This document shows, in pieces, positions 1-9,206 of a DNA stretch of 38,434 bases. The translations under genes were made by a program, and so were the position numbers. Every line of letters starts with the position of its first letter. Within the stretch, counting starts at the first letter, position 1. The stretch comes from Gammaproteobacteria bacterium (GTDB lineage Bacteria > Pseudomonadota > Gammaproteobacteria > Chromatiales > Chromatiaceae): contig VMDJ01000165.1 of NCBI GenBank assembly GCA_008080925.1, positions 1 through 38,434 on the forward strand, in the 5' to 3' direction. The notes under the pieces were generated by a model that was not told where the DNA came from, did no database searches, and saw nothing but the letters and a program-made list of their open reading frames with translations.

Positions 1-396
1 AAACAAAAAGTGGTTTACCACATCAATTATGATGATCCAAAAATGCAAGGCGGCGCTTTGCGTAACATCCAAAACCACATCAATGCGATAGGTGCTGACA
101 AGCTCGACTTGCGCGTGGTGTTACATGGCAATGGTTTAGCACTGCTCGTGCTTCCTGATGCAGCAGGTCGCTTGCCTGGCTTCAAGCATGCTAATGCAAA
201 CGACAAAATGGCTGCCCAAATTGATGGCCTGCGTAACCAAGGCATCAGCTTTAAGGTTTGCGCAAACACCGTCAAAGGGAAAAAGGTCAACATCGATACT
301 GACCTACACATGGTCTCTAAAGATGACATCGTCCCTAGCGGTGTTGCTGAACTAGCGATCCTTCAAGGCCAAGGTTTCGCTTACATTAAGCCATAA
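1..396 (+). CDS. DsrE/DsrF-like (COG1416-type) small sulfur-relay-fold protein, probably 5' partial
   Basis: Frame 1 is open from the window edge, and the first possible start is GTG at 10. The N-terminal strand KVVYHIN, VVLHGNG and FKVCANT resemble DsrE-family proteins. The true ATG probably lies a few codons upstream of the window. A terminator follows. Confidence 0.6.
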   Translation, partial: KQKVVYHINYDDPKMQGGALRNIQNHINAIGADKLDLRVVLHGNGLALLVLPDAAGRLPGFKHANANDKMAAQIDGLRNQGISFKVCANTVKGKKVNIDTDLHMVSKDDIVPSGVAELAILQGQGFAYIKP

Positions 397-408
397 ACAC
401 GAGACCCA

Positions 409-438
409 CAAAAAAGCCCGCGTCAGCGGGCTTTTTTA
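409..438 (+). terminator. Rho-independent terminator after the DsrE-like gene
   Basis: Stem GCCCGC (416-421), loop GTCA, stem GCGGGC (426-431), then TTTTTT (432-437). An A-run precedes it, so it could act in both directions. Confidence 0.7.
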
Positions 439-473
439 TTGTGCGTTGCAACATGGCAAGCTGTTTACCCGGA

Positions 474-500
474 CAAAAAAACCCCGCTAGAAGGCGGGGC
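474..500 (-). terminator. Rho-independent terminator after the PfkB kinase gene
   Basis: Stem CCCCGC (482-487) pairs with GCGGGG (494-499). The A-run at 474-481 reads as a U-tract on the minus strand, about 30 nt downstream of the stop at 528. Confidence 0.65.
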
Positions 501-527
501 TTAATAACGGCCGAAACTCGACTGTTT

Positions 528-1466
528 TTAGCCGGGCAGAGACATCCCAAAGGATGCCTCAAAACGCGCCGCAAACTCATTCTTAGTAAAGCTATGGTTC
601 TGCGGACCTTGGCTTTCGATTTTGTAAGCGCCCATCAGTGAGGCAATACGTGCAGTGATCGCCCAATCGTAACTTTTCATCAAACCAAATAGCAGCCCAC
701 CACGGTAAGCATCGCCACAACCGGTGGGGTCGACTAAGGCGTCTGGCGTAGCGACGGGAATCTCTAGTCGCTGACCTTGGGTGTAGATGTACGAACCTTC
801 ACCACCGCGCGTCACGATGACCGCTTCGACCATTTCAGCGAGTTGTTCCATGGTTTTGCCGGTACGCTCTTCCATCAATTTAGCTTCGTAGTCGTTAAAC
901 GCACAGTAGGACGCTTGTTCGGCAAATCGCGTAAGGTCGGCACCATCAAACATGGGCATACCTTGACCCGGATCGAAAATAAACGGGATACCCGCTGCGG
1001 CAAATTGTTCCGCATGCTCGATCATGCCTTGACGACCATCCGGCGAAACAATGCCCAAGGTGATGCCAGCATGATCGCTAACCTTATTAATATGTGCATG
1101 ATTCATCGCACCCGGGTGGAAGGCGGTGATCTGGTTATCATCTTGGTCGGTGGTGATAAACGCTTGCGCGGTGAATTCTTCCTCGACCATGGTGATGCCA
1201 TCACGGCTCACGCCTTTGGCATCCATCCAATCGGCATAGGGTTGAAAGTCGCTACCGACAGTCGCCATTGGCTTACCCTCGCCACCGAGGAGATGCAGGT
1301 TGTAGGCAATGTTGCCCGCACAACCGCCATAGTTACGGCGCATTTCTGGGACTAAAAAAGAGACATTCAGGATGTGCACTTGATCAGGCAGGATGTGGTT
1401 TTTGAATTGGTCTTGGAAGACCATGATGGTGTCGTAAGCCATTGAGCCGGTGATCAGCGCAGTCAT
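528..1466 (-). CDS. PfkB-family carbohydrate/nucleoside kinase (adenosine-kinase-like)
   Basis: 312-aa ORF with an ATG start and AGAGG Shine-Dalgarno sequence. It has the ribokinase-family C-terminal motif DPTGCGDAYRGG and the N-terminal GGCAGNIAYNL motif. Confidence 0.8.
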   Translation of the reverse strand: MTALITGSMAYDTIMVFQDQFKNHILPDQVHILNVSFLVPEMRRNYGGCAGNIAYNLHLLGGEGKPMATVGSDFQPYADWMDAKGVSRDGITMVEEEFTAQAFITTDQDDNQITAFHPGAMNHAHINKVSDHAGITLGIVSPDGRQGMIEHAEQFAAAGIPFIFDPGQGMPMFDGADLTRFAEQASYCAFNDYEAKLMEERTGKTMEQLAEMVEAVIVTRGGEGSYIYTQGQRLEIPVATPDALVDPTGCGDAYRGGLLFGLMKSYDWAITARIASLMGAYKIESQGPQNHSFTKNEFAARFEASFGMSLPG

Positions 1467-1652
1467 AAGTTACCTCTAATATACGAATGCAAAATCGCTG
1501 GAAATGATGATGCATATTGCAGTGGGCAATGGTACCTTAGCGCGAGCGAATCTGCCCTAAGAAGGCAGTCAAACGCTGCCGTGACGTTGGTGGCACGGTG
1601 ACCACACAGGTAACTGTGTAGCGAATTAATAAAATTTAGGAGTTGGACTTTC

Positions 1653-1958
1653 ATGAAAATCCAAAAATTATTTGTTGCAGCAGCAGCTGCTCTACTTCTA
1701 TCTGGCGCATCTTTCGCGGCTTCTCAAGCAGATGCTGATGCGGCTATCTCTGCGGCAAAAGCGGCTAACAAAGGCGCTAAAGGCGCTGAGTGGCGTGATA
1801 CCGGCAAGATGATCAAAGCGGCTGAAGCTGCAGCTGCAGAAGGCAAGTTTGATGCCGCTGTAAGCGAAGCAAAAGACGCTGAGTTCCAAGCAAGCATTGC
1901 ACAACAACAAGCAAAGGGCGCGACCAACGCAGGTAACCCTTCTTACTTGTATAACTAA
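1653..1958 (+). CDS. Small secreted Ala-rich helical protein of unknown function
   Basis: 101 aa. Sec signal peptide MKIQKLFVAAAAALLLSGASFA followed by an Ala/Lys/Glu-rich helical mature part. A TAGGAG Shine-Dalgarno sequence lies upstream and a strong terminator lies directly downstream. Confidence 0.75.
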   Translation: MKIQKLFVAAAAALLLSGASFAASQADADAAISAAKAANKGAKGAEWRDTGKMIKAAEAAAAEGKFDAAVSEAKDAEFQASIAQQQAKGATNAGNPSYLYN

Positions 1959-1974
1959 GCTGCTTTAGTTGAAG

Positions 1975-1999
1975 AAGCCCGCGAAAGCGGGCTTTTTTA
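1975..1999 (+). terminator. Rho-independent terminator with a GNRA tetraloop
   Basis: Stem GCCCGC (1977-1982), loop GAAA, stem GCGGGC (1987-1992), then TTTTTT (1993-1998). Confidence 0.8.
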
Positions 2000-2002
2000 T
2001 GT

Positions 2003-2389
2003 ATGAGTAATTTATCGATTCAGACCTTTATCAGCTTTGCCGGCGTGGGCGCGATCGCCACTGCCTTGCAGTACATCTTGCTGACGATTCAGGTGGAATT
2101 GATTAACGTTGGCGCGGTATTGGCTTCTTTTATTGCTTACGCGATCAGCTCGATCGTGAATTACCTGATGAAGTATCACTATGTGTTTTCATCGCAACAA
2201 CAGCACCGCAAAACGGCTCCCCGTTATCTGATGATTTCGAGCATTGGCTTGGCGCTGAATACGCTGCTGATGTATATCGGCGTGGAAGGCTTTGGCTGGC
2301 ACTACCTAGCGTCGCAAATCATCGTTACCGGCATTGTGTTGGTGTGGAATTACACCGCTAGCGCGCTGTGGACCTTTCGGGCCGATTAA
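2003..2389 (+). CDS. GtrA-family membrane protein
   Basis: 128 aa with four predicted transmembrane segments. The C-terminal WNYTASALWTFR is typical of GtrA-like proteins. Confidence 0.75.
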   Translation: MSNLSIQTFISFAGVGAIATALQYILLTIQVELINVGAVLASFIAYAISSIVNYLMKYHYVFSSQQQHRKTAPRYLMISSIGLALNTLLMYIGVEGFGWHYLASQIIVTGIVLVWNYTASALWTFRAD

Positions 2390-2501
2390 GCTGCACTATC
2401 AAACTTTCTAATGGCTTTGCGTTTTCGCCACTGAGCTAAATGCTCTAGAATGGCGCCGTTCAACGCGATTGCGCGTAAGTTATTCATTTTGAGGAAGAAC
2501 C

Positions 2502-3029
2502 ATGATCCTAGATCGCGTCCAGCCTGGTGATAAGGCCCCTGACGAAATTAACGTCATCATCGAAATCTCTGCAGGTAAAGATCCTGTGAAGTACGAGATT
2601 GATAAGCCTACCGGTGCGATGTTTGTTGACCGCTTCCTGGGCACGGCGATGTTCTACCCCTGTAACTACGGTTACGTGCCACAGACTTTGTCACTCGATG
2701 GCGACCCGGTTGATGTGATGGTGATTGCACCTCTGCCTGTTCAAGCCGGTGCGGTGATCAAGTGTCGTCCACTGGGTGTGTTGGATATGGAAGATGACGG
2801 CGGCGTGGATATGAAGATCCTTGCGGTACCGGTAACTAAGCTGACTCCGCTTTACAAAGACATGAAGGACTACACCGATATGCCAGAAGAAACCTTGGCA
2901 CGTTTAGTTCATTTCTTTGAGCACTACAAAGATCTTGAAGAAGGCAAATGGGTCAAGATGGGTGGCTGGAAAGGCGTTGATGATGCCAAGAAAGAAATCC
3001 TAGCGAGTATCGATCGCTACACCGACTAA
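2502..3029 (+). CDS. ppa: Inorganic pyrophosphatase
   Basis: 175 aa with [23 protein letters not shown], a family I PPase signature. GAGGAAG Shine-Dalgarno sequence upstream. Confidence 0.95.
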   Translation: MILDRVQPGDKAPDEINVIIEISAGKDPVKYEIDKPTGAMFVDRFLGTAMFYPCNYGYVPQTLSLDGDPVDVMVIAPLPVQAGAVIKCRPLGVLDMEDDGGVDMKILAVPVTKLTPLYKDMKDYTDMPEETLARLVHFFEHYKDLEEGKWVKMGGWKGVDDAKKEILASIDRYTD

Positions 3030-3034
3030 ACATC

Positions 3035-3053
3035 AGCCCCTCATTGAGGGGCT
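3035..3053 (+). terminator. Hairpin after ppa (weak terminator or attenuator)
   Basis: 8-bp stem AGCCCCTC/GAGGGGCT with a 3-nt loop. The downstream tract TATCACTT is only weakly U-rich. Confidence 0.35.
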
Positions 3054-3074
3054 TATCACTTAAGGCTTCTGCTG

Positions 3075-3557
3075 ATGTCTGACGAACTCACTCACTTTGA
3101 TGCCCACGGCCAAGCCCACATGGTGGATGTTGGCGGTAAGGACAGCACGCACCGTGTTGCGGTGGCGAGCGGTTCGATCAAGATGGATGCCGCTACCTTA
3201 GCCTTGATTGCACAAGGCGGTCATAAAAAAGGTGACGTGCTGGGCATTGCGCGTGTTGCGGGCATCATGGCATCGAAGAAGACCAGTGATCTCGTACCTT
3301 TATGTCATCCACTACCACTGACGCATGTGTCGATCGAGTTTGAGATCGATGAGGCAAACCATAAAGTTGATGCCTCATGTCGTGCTGAAACGCGTGGTCA
3401 AACCGGCGTGGAGATGGAAGCGCTGTGTGCGCTGCAAGTTGCTCTACTGACAATCTACGATATGTGTAAAGCGGTTGATCGTGGCATGGTGATTTCGGAT
3501 GTTCAGCTAGAGCATAAATCCGGCGGTAAGTCTGGCGAATGGAATCGCGCTCAGTGA
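3075..3557 (+). CDS. moaC: Cyclic pyranopterin monophosphate synthase MoaC
   Basis: 160 aa with [15 protein letters not shown] and GVEMEAL motifs characteristic of MoaC. Confidence 0.95.
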   Translation: MSDELTHFDAHGQAHMVDVGGKDSTHRVAVASGSIKMDAATLALIAQGGHKKGDVLGIARVAGIMASKKTSDLVPLCHPLPLTHVSIEFEIDEANHKVDASCRAETRGQTGVEMEALCALQVALLTIYDMCKAVDRGMVISDVQLEHKSGGKSGEWNRAQ

Positions 3558-4150
3558 ACTCAACCTATTTTCAAGCCAGCTTTATTACCAGCGCGGCGAA
3601 ATTATCCCAATCACCCGAAGACACCGGTTACGAGATCGCGTTTGCCGGTCGTTCGAATGCGGGTAAGTCGAGTGCGATTAATACGTTGTGCCAACAAACG
3701 GCCTTAGCACGCACCAGTCGCACACCCGGTCGTACCCAGTTACTGAACTTCTTTCGCATTGATGATCAACGTCGTTTAGTTGACCTACCCGGTTATGGTT
3801 ATGCGGCTGTCGCACAAGATATCAAAGCCGATTGGCAAGGTGCGTTAGCCGACTACTTGGAAAAGCGTGAGTGCTTACGTGGCGTGATCTTGATGATGGA
3901 TTCGCGTCATCCGTTAAAAGATTACGACATCCAAATGCTTGAATGGGCTAACCACATTGAGATACCGGTGCACGTATTACTCACCAAAGTGGATAAGCTG
4001 AATCGCAAAGAACAAGCTATCTCGCTAGAGCGTGTTGATGCGGCACTGAAAGAGTTTAGCCTCGAGTTTAGTGTGCAGCTGTTTTCATCACTGAAACGCT
4101 GGGGCGTTGATGAAGCGCATGAGAAGCTCGACCAGTGGTTTGAGCTTTAA
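3539..4150 (+). CDS. engB: Ribosome-biogenesis GTPase EngB/YihA
   Basis: G1 [10 protein letters not shown]3 DLPGYG and G4 TKVDK. The ATG at 3539 overlaps moaC by 19 nt. An alternative GTG at 3554 would give a GTGA overlap instead. Confidence 0.9.
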   Translation: MESRSVNSTYFQASFITSAAKLSQSPEDTGYEIAFAGRSNAGKSSAINTLCQQTALARTSRTPGRTQLLNFFRIDDQRRLVDLPGYGYAAVAQDIKADWQGALADYLEKRECLRGVILMMDSRHPLKDYDIQMLEWANHIEIPVHVLLTKVDKLNRKEQAISLERVDAALKEFSLEFSVQLFSSLKRWGVDEAHEKLDQWFEL

Positions 4151-6873
4151 TGCGCCTCTTCCCAGTTAGCGCCACTTCCCACTTCTACAAGTAGCGGCAC
4201 ATTCAGATCAGCTGCCGATTCCATCAAGCTTTTAATTTTAGCTGTGGCTGAATCCATTTCGTTTGGCGCGACTTCGAATACCAGTTCGTCATGTACTTGC
4301 ATCAGTAGATGCACATCGGGTTTGTCGTTGACTAACCATTGATCCACATTGAGCATCGCACGTTTGATGATGTCGGCAGCTGTACCTTGCATCGGCGCGT
4401 TAATCGCTGCACGTTCAGCACCGGCACGACGCGCACCGTTACGTGCATTGATCTCAGGTAGATACAAACGACGACCAAACAAGGTTTCGACATAACCCTG
4501 ATCTTTAGCTTGCTCGCGCGTGCGATTCATGTAGTCCTGCACACCGGGGTAACGAGTAAAGTACAGATCGATATAGTCCTGCGCTTCGTTACGACCAACG
4601 CCGAGCTGTTTAGCTAAACCAAACGCCGACATGCCATAAATCAAACCAAAGTTAATCGCTTTAGCAGCGCGACGTTGATCGTCGGTAACACTCTCTGGAT
4701 TATCAGCAGCAAACACTTCGGCTGCGGTAGCGCGGTGAATATCCGCACCTTCAGAGAAAGCTGTGAGCAGACCTTTATCCGCAGACAAGTGCGCCATGAT
4801 GCGCAGCTCAATCTGTGAGTAGTCAGCTGCCACCATGGTCCATCCGCTCTGTGGAATGAACGCACGACGAATACGTCGACCTTCTTCACTTCGAATCGGT
4901 ATGTTCTGCAGATTCGGATCGGATGAACTCAAACGACCGGTTGCTGCAACCGCTTGGTGATAACTGGTATGAATGCGTTGGGTTTGCGCATCAATCATCT
5001 CTGGCAACTTATCGGTATACGTCGACTTAAGCTTGGCAAGACCACGATGCTCCAAGATAACGCTGGGTAACTCATGCCCCATCTCGGCAAGTTCTTGCAG
5101 CACATTCTCTGCTGTTGATGGCGCACCCTTTGGTGTCTTTGCGATAACAGGAAGCTCTAACTCATCAAAGAAGATCTCACCAATTTGTTTTGGTGAGCCC
5201 ATGTTGAAGCTGCGCCCTGCAATCTCATAGGCTTGTTGTTCCAGTTGATGTAATCGCTCGGCAAGTTGCGCACTTTGTTGTTTAAGCTGTGTGCTATCAA
5301 TCACCACGCCTTGACGCTCGATACGCGAGAGCACCGATAACAGCGGCACTTCAAGATCGGTGACTAAGTTAGCTAAGCTTGGCTCTTGCTTTACTTTGGA
5401 CCATAAGTGCTGATGTAAACGCAAAGTAATATCAGCATCTTCTGCGGCATAGGGACCGGCTTGTTCAATATCGATTTGATCGAAGCGTAATTGCTTAGCG
5501 CCCTTACCGGCGATGTCTTCAAAGTGAATTGTTTTTAGCTCAAGGTAACGCTCGGCCAGTGAGTCCATGTCATGACGGCCTGCACTGCTGTTATACACAT
5601 AGGACTCGAGCATGGTGTCGTAAGCGATACCCTTTAATTCGATACCGTGATTCGCGAGCACGCTTTTATCGTACTTAAGATTCTGACCGACTTTTTTATG
5701 TGCATCCGACTCTAAGATGGGCTTCAATGCGGCGAGCACATCATCACGATGTAACTGTTCTGGCGCACCCGGATAACAATGAGTGAGTGGTACATACGCT
5801 GCTTTACCAGCTTCAATTGCAAAGGATACGCCAACCACTTCGGCTTGCATGTAATCCAAGCTGGTCGTTTCGGTATCGAAGGCAAACAGCTGCGCGTTTT
5901 TAAGTTGTTCTAACCATGCATCAAAGTCAGCCTGTGTGAGCACGATGTCGTATTGCGCATCGATCTTTTCAGCCTTCTTTTCGGGCTGCGACTGTTCCGT
6001 AGATGTCTTTTCACCTTTTGCACCATCGAGTGTGGCCAAGTAGCGACGCGACTCAATCCGCGTGTAGTGTTTTCTCAACTCATCTGTGTTCGCTGCGCTT
6101 GGCTTTAGCTGATCAATGGTCACAGGCAGTTCGACATCGAGCTTTATGGTCGTAAGTTCACGTGAGAGTTTGAGTTGATCAAGATTACCGCGAAGGTTTT
6201 CGCCAATCTTGCCTTTGATCTCTTCGGCATGTGCCACCAAGTTATCAATCGTCTCGTACTCACCAAGCCATTTTGCTGCCGTCTTAGGGCCACACTTAGG
6301 AATGCCCGGAATGTTATCGGCGCTATCACCGACCAGCGCTAAGTAATCAATGATCTGCTCGGGAGTGACATCAAACTTATCGATGACACCTTGTCGATCC
6401 ATCACCACATCATTCATCGTGTTGATCAAAGTGATGTGATCATTCACCAGCTGCGCCATGTCTTTATCGCCGGTTGAGATTAGCGATGGCATGCCTTTAT
6501 CGGCCGCTTGTTGTGCCAAGGTGCCAATCACATCATCGGCTTCGACACCAGAGATCATGACCAACGGCAAGCCCATGGCTTGAATGATCTGATGTAGTGG
6601 CTCGATCTGTTGACGTAAATCATCAGGCATCGGTGGTCGATGCGCTTTGTACTCGCTGTACATCTCATCACGGAATGTCTTGCCCGGGGCATCGAAGACC
6701 ACGGCGATATGTTCTGGCTGATATTCATCGATCAGCTTGTTCAACATATTGAGTACGCCAACGATCGCGCCGGTCGCTTCACCGTGCGAATTGGTCAGTG
6801 GCGGGAGCGCGTGATACGCGCGAAACAGGTACGACGAGCCGTCGACGAGGATAAAGGGAGGTTGTGAATTCAT
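4147..6873 (-). CDS. polA: DNA polymerase I
   Basis: 908 aa. 5'-nuclease N-terminus [15 protein letters not shown], 3'-5' exonuclease [11 protein letters not shown], and polymerase motifs [26 protein letters not shown] and QVHDELVFE. Confidence 0.97.
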   Translation of the reverse strand: MNSQPPFILVDGSSYLFRAYHALPPLTNSHGEATGAIVGVLNMLNKLIDEYQPEHIAVVFDAPGKTFRDEMYSEYKAHRPPMPDDLRQQIEPLHQIIQAMGLPLVMISGVEADDVIGTLAQQAADKGMPSLISTGDKDMAQLVNDHITLINTMNDVVMDRQGVIDKFDVTPEQIIDYLALVGDSADNIPGIPKCGPKTAAKWLGEYETIDNLVAHAEEIKGKIGENLRGNLDQLKLSRELTTIKLDVELPVTIDQLKPSAANTDELRKHYTRIESRRYLATLDGAKGEKTSTEQSQPEKKAEKIDAQYDIVLTQADFDAWLEQLKNAQLFAFDTETTSLDYMQAEVVGVSFAIEAGKAAYVPLTHCYPGAPEQLHRDDVLAALKPILESDAHKKVGQNLKYDKSVLANHGIELKGIAYDTMLESYVYNSSAGRHDMDSLAERYLELKTIHFEDIAGKGAKQLRFDQIDIEQAGPYAAEDADITLRLHQHLWSKVKQEPSLANLVTDLEVPLLSVLSRIERQGVVIDSTQLKQQSAQLAERLHQLEQQAYEIAGRSFNMGSPKQIGEIFFDELELPVIAKTPKGAPSTAENVLQELAEMGHELPSVILEHRGLAKLKSTYTDKLPEMIDAQTQRIHTSYHQAVAATGRLSSSDPNLQNIPIRSEEGRRIRRAFIPQSGWTMVAADYSQIELRIMAHLSADKGLLTAFSEGADIHRATAAEVFAADNPESVTDDQRRAAKAINFGLIYGMSAFGLAKQLGVGRNEAQDYIDLYFTRYPGVQDYMNRTREQAKDQGYVETLFGRRLYLPEINARNGARRAGAERAAINAPMQGTAADIIKRAMLNVDQWLVNDKPDVHLLMQVHDELVFEVAPNEMDSATAKIKSLMESAADLNVPLLVEVGSGANWEEAH

Positions 6874-6874
6874 G

Positions 6875-6906
6875 GCCTCAGGATACCTTGCTTGTATCTC
6901 TGAGGC
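6875..6906 (-). promoter_or_regulatory. Extended hairpin between the gor stop and the polA start, overlapping the polA ribosome-binding site
   Basis: GCCTCAG+GATAC (6875-6886) pairs with GTATC+CTGAGGC (6894-6906) with one bulged nucleotide and a 7-nt loop. On the minus strand the 3' arm CTGAGGCC directly precedes the polA ATG. Confidence 0.4.
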
Positions 6907-6921
6907 ATGAAATTTTCAATG

Positions 6922-8313
6922 TTAACTGGCGAGTTTTAGCTGCTCTTCTGGCTGCACAATTCGCGCCTCCTTCAAGGTCACTAATTCCTCAGCGCTGACC
7001 GGATGAATCGCGATGGTGTTATCCAAGTCCGCCTTGGTTGCACCCATTTTGAGCGCCACCGCAAAACCTTGCAGCATCTCATCAACACCTTCACCTATTA
7101 GATGAATACCAACTACGCGCTCTTGCTCACCCGCGCATATCAACTTCATTGCTGTGGTGGAGCCATGTTCATTTAAGGCGTAACGCATAGGTGTAAAGCT
7201 TGTCTCATAGACCTTTATCTCTTGACCTAAACGACGCGCCTGCATCTCGGTTAACCCTACGCTACCAATCGGTGGGTGCGTAAATACAACACTCGGGATG
7301 TTGTCGTAGTCGACCTTACGTTCGACCTGACCCGCGAAAAGCCGCTCGGCCAAGCGACGCCCTGCCGCAATCGCCACCGGTGTCAGCGCTGCACGACCCG
7401 TGATATCACCAATCGCGTAGATGCCATCAACATTCGTGTTCTGATAATCATCGGTTGGGATCATGCCGTTATCTAAACGTCTCACACCAGCTAGCTCAAG
7501 GTTTAAACCTGCTGTATTCGGACGACGACCAATTGCCCAAATGACACTATCAAAACCGGCATATTGCTCACCGTGTTTTGTGGCGACACAGAGTCCATCT
7601 TCACGGTTTTCTAGGGCATTGACCTCAACACCTAAGTTCAGCGAGATGCCTTGCTTCACCATTTCGCCCGCTAAGGTATCGCTGATCATTTCATCAAAGG
7701 CGATCAGTAAACGATCTTCCAAGCCAAACAATGACACCTCTGAGCCTAAAGCACGCAGGACACCTGCAAGCTCGGCACCGATATAGCCACCGCCTATCAC
7801 CGCGACACGCTTAGGCTGTTCTTTGAGTTCGAAGAACCCATCGGAGGTAATGCCTAATTCAGCACCGGGTATCGGTGGCACCATTGGCGTACCACCGGTT
7901 GCAACAACAATGTGGTCTGCGCGATAGATCATGTCGTTGACCCGTACGCTATGCGCATCAACAAATTGACCATAGCCCGCGATCACATCGATGCCTAGCT
8001 GTTGAGCATAGCCATCCCAATATTCTGTGATGTTATTGATGTATCGATCGCGACCTTCAATCAAGCGTGACCAGTCAAAACCCTGATGCTTAACATGATG
8101 GCCAAAACCTGATGCATCAGCGACTGCGTGCGCCAAGTGCGCCGCATACCACATCACTTTCTTTGGTACGCAACCTTGGTTAACGCAGGTGCCACCCAAG
8201 CCCTGTGGTTCGATGATCGCAACACGTTTACCTAACTTTGCAGCAACTTCTGCCACTGCAAGACCACCGCTACCGCCGCCCAACGTTATCAAGTCATAAT
8301 GTTTTGTTGTCAT
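6922..8313 (-). CDS. gor: Glutathione-disulfide reductase
   Basis: [20 protein letters not shown]-binding N-terminus and the redox-active [13 protein letters not shown]. The start is set at the ATG at 8313, which has a GGAGAA Shine-Dalgarno sequence, rather than the 14-codon extension to 8355. Confidence 0.9.
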   Translation of the reverse strand: MTTKHYDLITLGGGSGGLAVAEVAAKLGKRVAIIEPQGLGGTCVNQGCVPKKVMWYAAHLAHAVADASGFGHHVKHQGFDWSRLIEGRDRYINNITEYWDGYAQQLGIDVIAGYGQFVDAHSVRVNDMIYRADHIVVATGGTPMVPPIPGAELGITSDGFFELKEQPKRVAVIGGGYIGAELAGVLRALGSEVSLFGLEDRLLIAFDEMISDTLAGEMVKQGISLNLGVEVNALENREDGLCVATKHGEQYAGFDSVIWAIGRRPNTAGLNLELAGVRRLDNGMIPTDDYQNTNVDGIYAIGDITGRAALTPVAIAAGRRLAERLFAGQVERKVDYDNIPSVVFTHPPIGSVGLTEMQARRLGQEIKVYETSFTPMRYALNEHGSTTAMKLICAGEQERVVGIHLIGEGVDEMLQGFAVALKMGATKADLDNTIAIHPVSAEELVTLKEARIVQPEEQLKLAS

Positions 8314-8357
8314 GGCTATTCTCCACTTCACGGGGTAGCGAAATACCCCGATCATTT

Positions 8358-9104
8358 TTATGCCGCTTTCTTTTCTGCCGCTTCTAAGTGAGCAATTAAC
8401 GCTTCTGATCCACCGATGTAATCACCATCAATGAACACCTGAGGAACCGTTTCCTTTCCACTTAATGCACGAACCGTACGAATACCGATCCCTTTGCCTA
8501 GGCTGATCTCTTCAAAGGCCATACCACGCTCGGAAAGTTGCTTCTTTGCCTCTGCGCAGAATGGGCAGCCCGGCTTTGTCACAATGCTGATCGCAGCAGG
8601 CTTTTGCGCCTGAGGATTGATGTAATTCAGCATGGTGTCCGCATCTGAGACTTCAAAAGGATCACCAGGTACGTTGGGCTCGATGAACATCTGGTCAATC
8701 ACGCCATCTTTCACTAGCATCGAGTAGCGCCAGCTGCGCTGACCGAAACCGAGGTCTGACTTATCAACCAGCATGCCCATACCCTGGGTGAATTCACCGT
8801 TACCGTCTGGAATCAATGTCACCTGATCTGCTTCTTGGTGCTCTTTCCATGCATCCATCACGAAGGCGTCATTCACTGACATACAGACGATTTCATCGAC
8901 ACCTTCTTGTTTAAACACTGGCGCAAGCTCATTGAAGCGCGGCAAGTGGGTTGAAGAACATGTCGGGGTGAAAGCACCGGGTAGCGAGAACACCACAACG
9001 GTTCGACCGTTGAAGATCTGCTCAGATGTCACATCGACGAATTCACCGTTTTGACGGGTTTTAAATGTTGCGCTTGGGACGCGCTGACCAACCATTGAGT
9101 TCAT
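8358..9104 (-). CDS. Hybrid peroxiredoxin-glutaredoxin (Prx5-type peroxidase fused to Grx)
   Basis: 248 aa. N-terminal PGAFTPTCS peroxidatic-Cys motif and a C-terminal glutaredoxin domain with CPFC. AGGAGAGG Shine-Dalgarno sequence upstream. Confidence 0.9.
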   Translation of the reverse strand: MNSMVGQRVPSATFKTRQNGEFVDVTSEQIFNGRTVVVFSLPGAFTPTCSSTHLPRFNELAPVFKQEGVDEIVCMSVNDAFVMDAWKEHQEADQVTLIPDGNGEFTQGMGMLVDKSDLGFGQRSWRYSMLVKDGVIDQMFIEPNVPGDPFEVSDADTMLNYINPQAQKPAAISIVTKPGCPFCAEAKKQLSERGMAFEEISLGKGIGIRTVRALSGKETVPQVFIDGDYIGGSEALIAHLEAAEKKAA

Positions 9105-9206
9105 TTCACCTCTCCTGTTATTAGGTAAAAACTAAGTGGAGAGGATTATTGATAGAAATCTATAATAGGTAAAATTTTATATTTATATCGGAATGATAGA
9201 TTTTGG
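9105..9206 (-). promoter_or_regulatory. AT-rich promoter region of the prx-grx/gor operon with ATAG/CTAT repeats (possible OxyR-type operator)
   Basis: This is the only strongly AT-rich stretch in the window. It lies between the trkH stop and the prx-grx start and contains ATAGAAATCTATAATAGG plus a further GATAGA. Confidence 0.3.

Noticed and set aside
777-1355. A 192-aa plus-strand ORF antisense to the PfkB kinase gene
   Set aside because: It lies fully inside a well-supported gene on the other strand. It is Arg/His/Thr-rich with a shadow-frame composition, no Shine-Dalgarno sequence and no recognisable domain.
1591-1606. A sigma54-like -24 element, TGGCACGGTGACCACA, upstream of the small secreted protein gene
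   Set aside because: The -24 TGGCAC is perfect, but the -12 position reads CCACA instead of TTGCA and lacks the near-invariant GC. The nearby regulator also lacks the sigma54-contacting GAFTGA loop.
1463-1654. A 63-aa minus-strand ORF that exactly fills the spacer upstream of the PfkB kinase and ends in an ATGA overlap with it
   Set aside because: It has no Shine-Dalgarno sequence. Its start is part of the TCATGA palindrome shared with the plus-strand gene's start. Its composition (Cys/His/Leu-rich, no recognisable motif) looks like a chance ORF in a regulatory spacer.
409-1999. Two almost identical terminators, AAGCCCGCG-loop-CGCGGGCTTTTTTAT at 409-438 and 1975-1999, considered as a dispersed repeat or DNA-uptake-sequence pair
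   Set aside because: There are only two copies. They differ in the loop, and GCCCGC/GCGGGC stems are generic for intrinsic terminators. I did not notice the motif elsewhere in the window.
9121-9200. The AT-rich stretch, considered as a dif site, a replication-origin fragment or an insertion scar
   Set aside because: It has no match to the dif core (..ATAATGTATATTATG..) and no DnaA-box clusters or 13-mer repeats. Its position directly upstream of a gene with a strong Shine-Dalgarno sequence is explained by a promoter or operator region.
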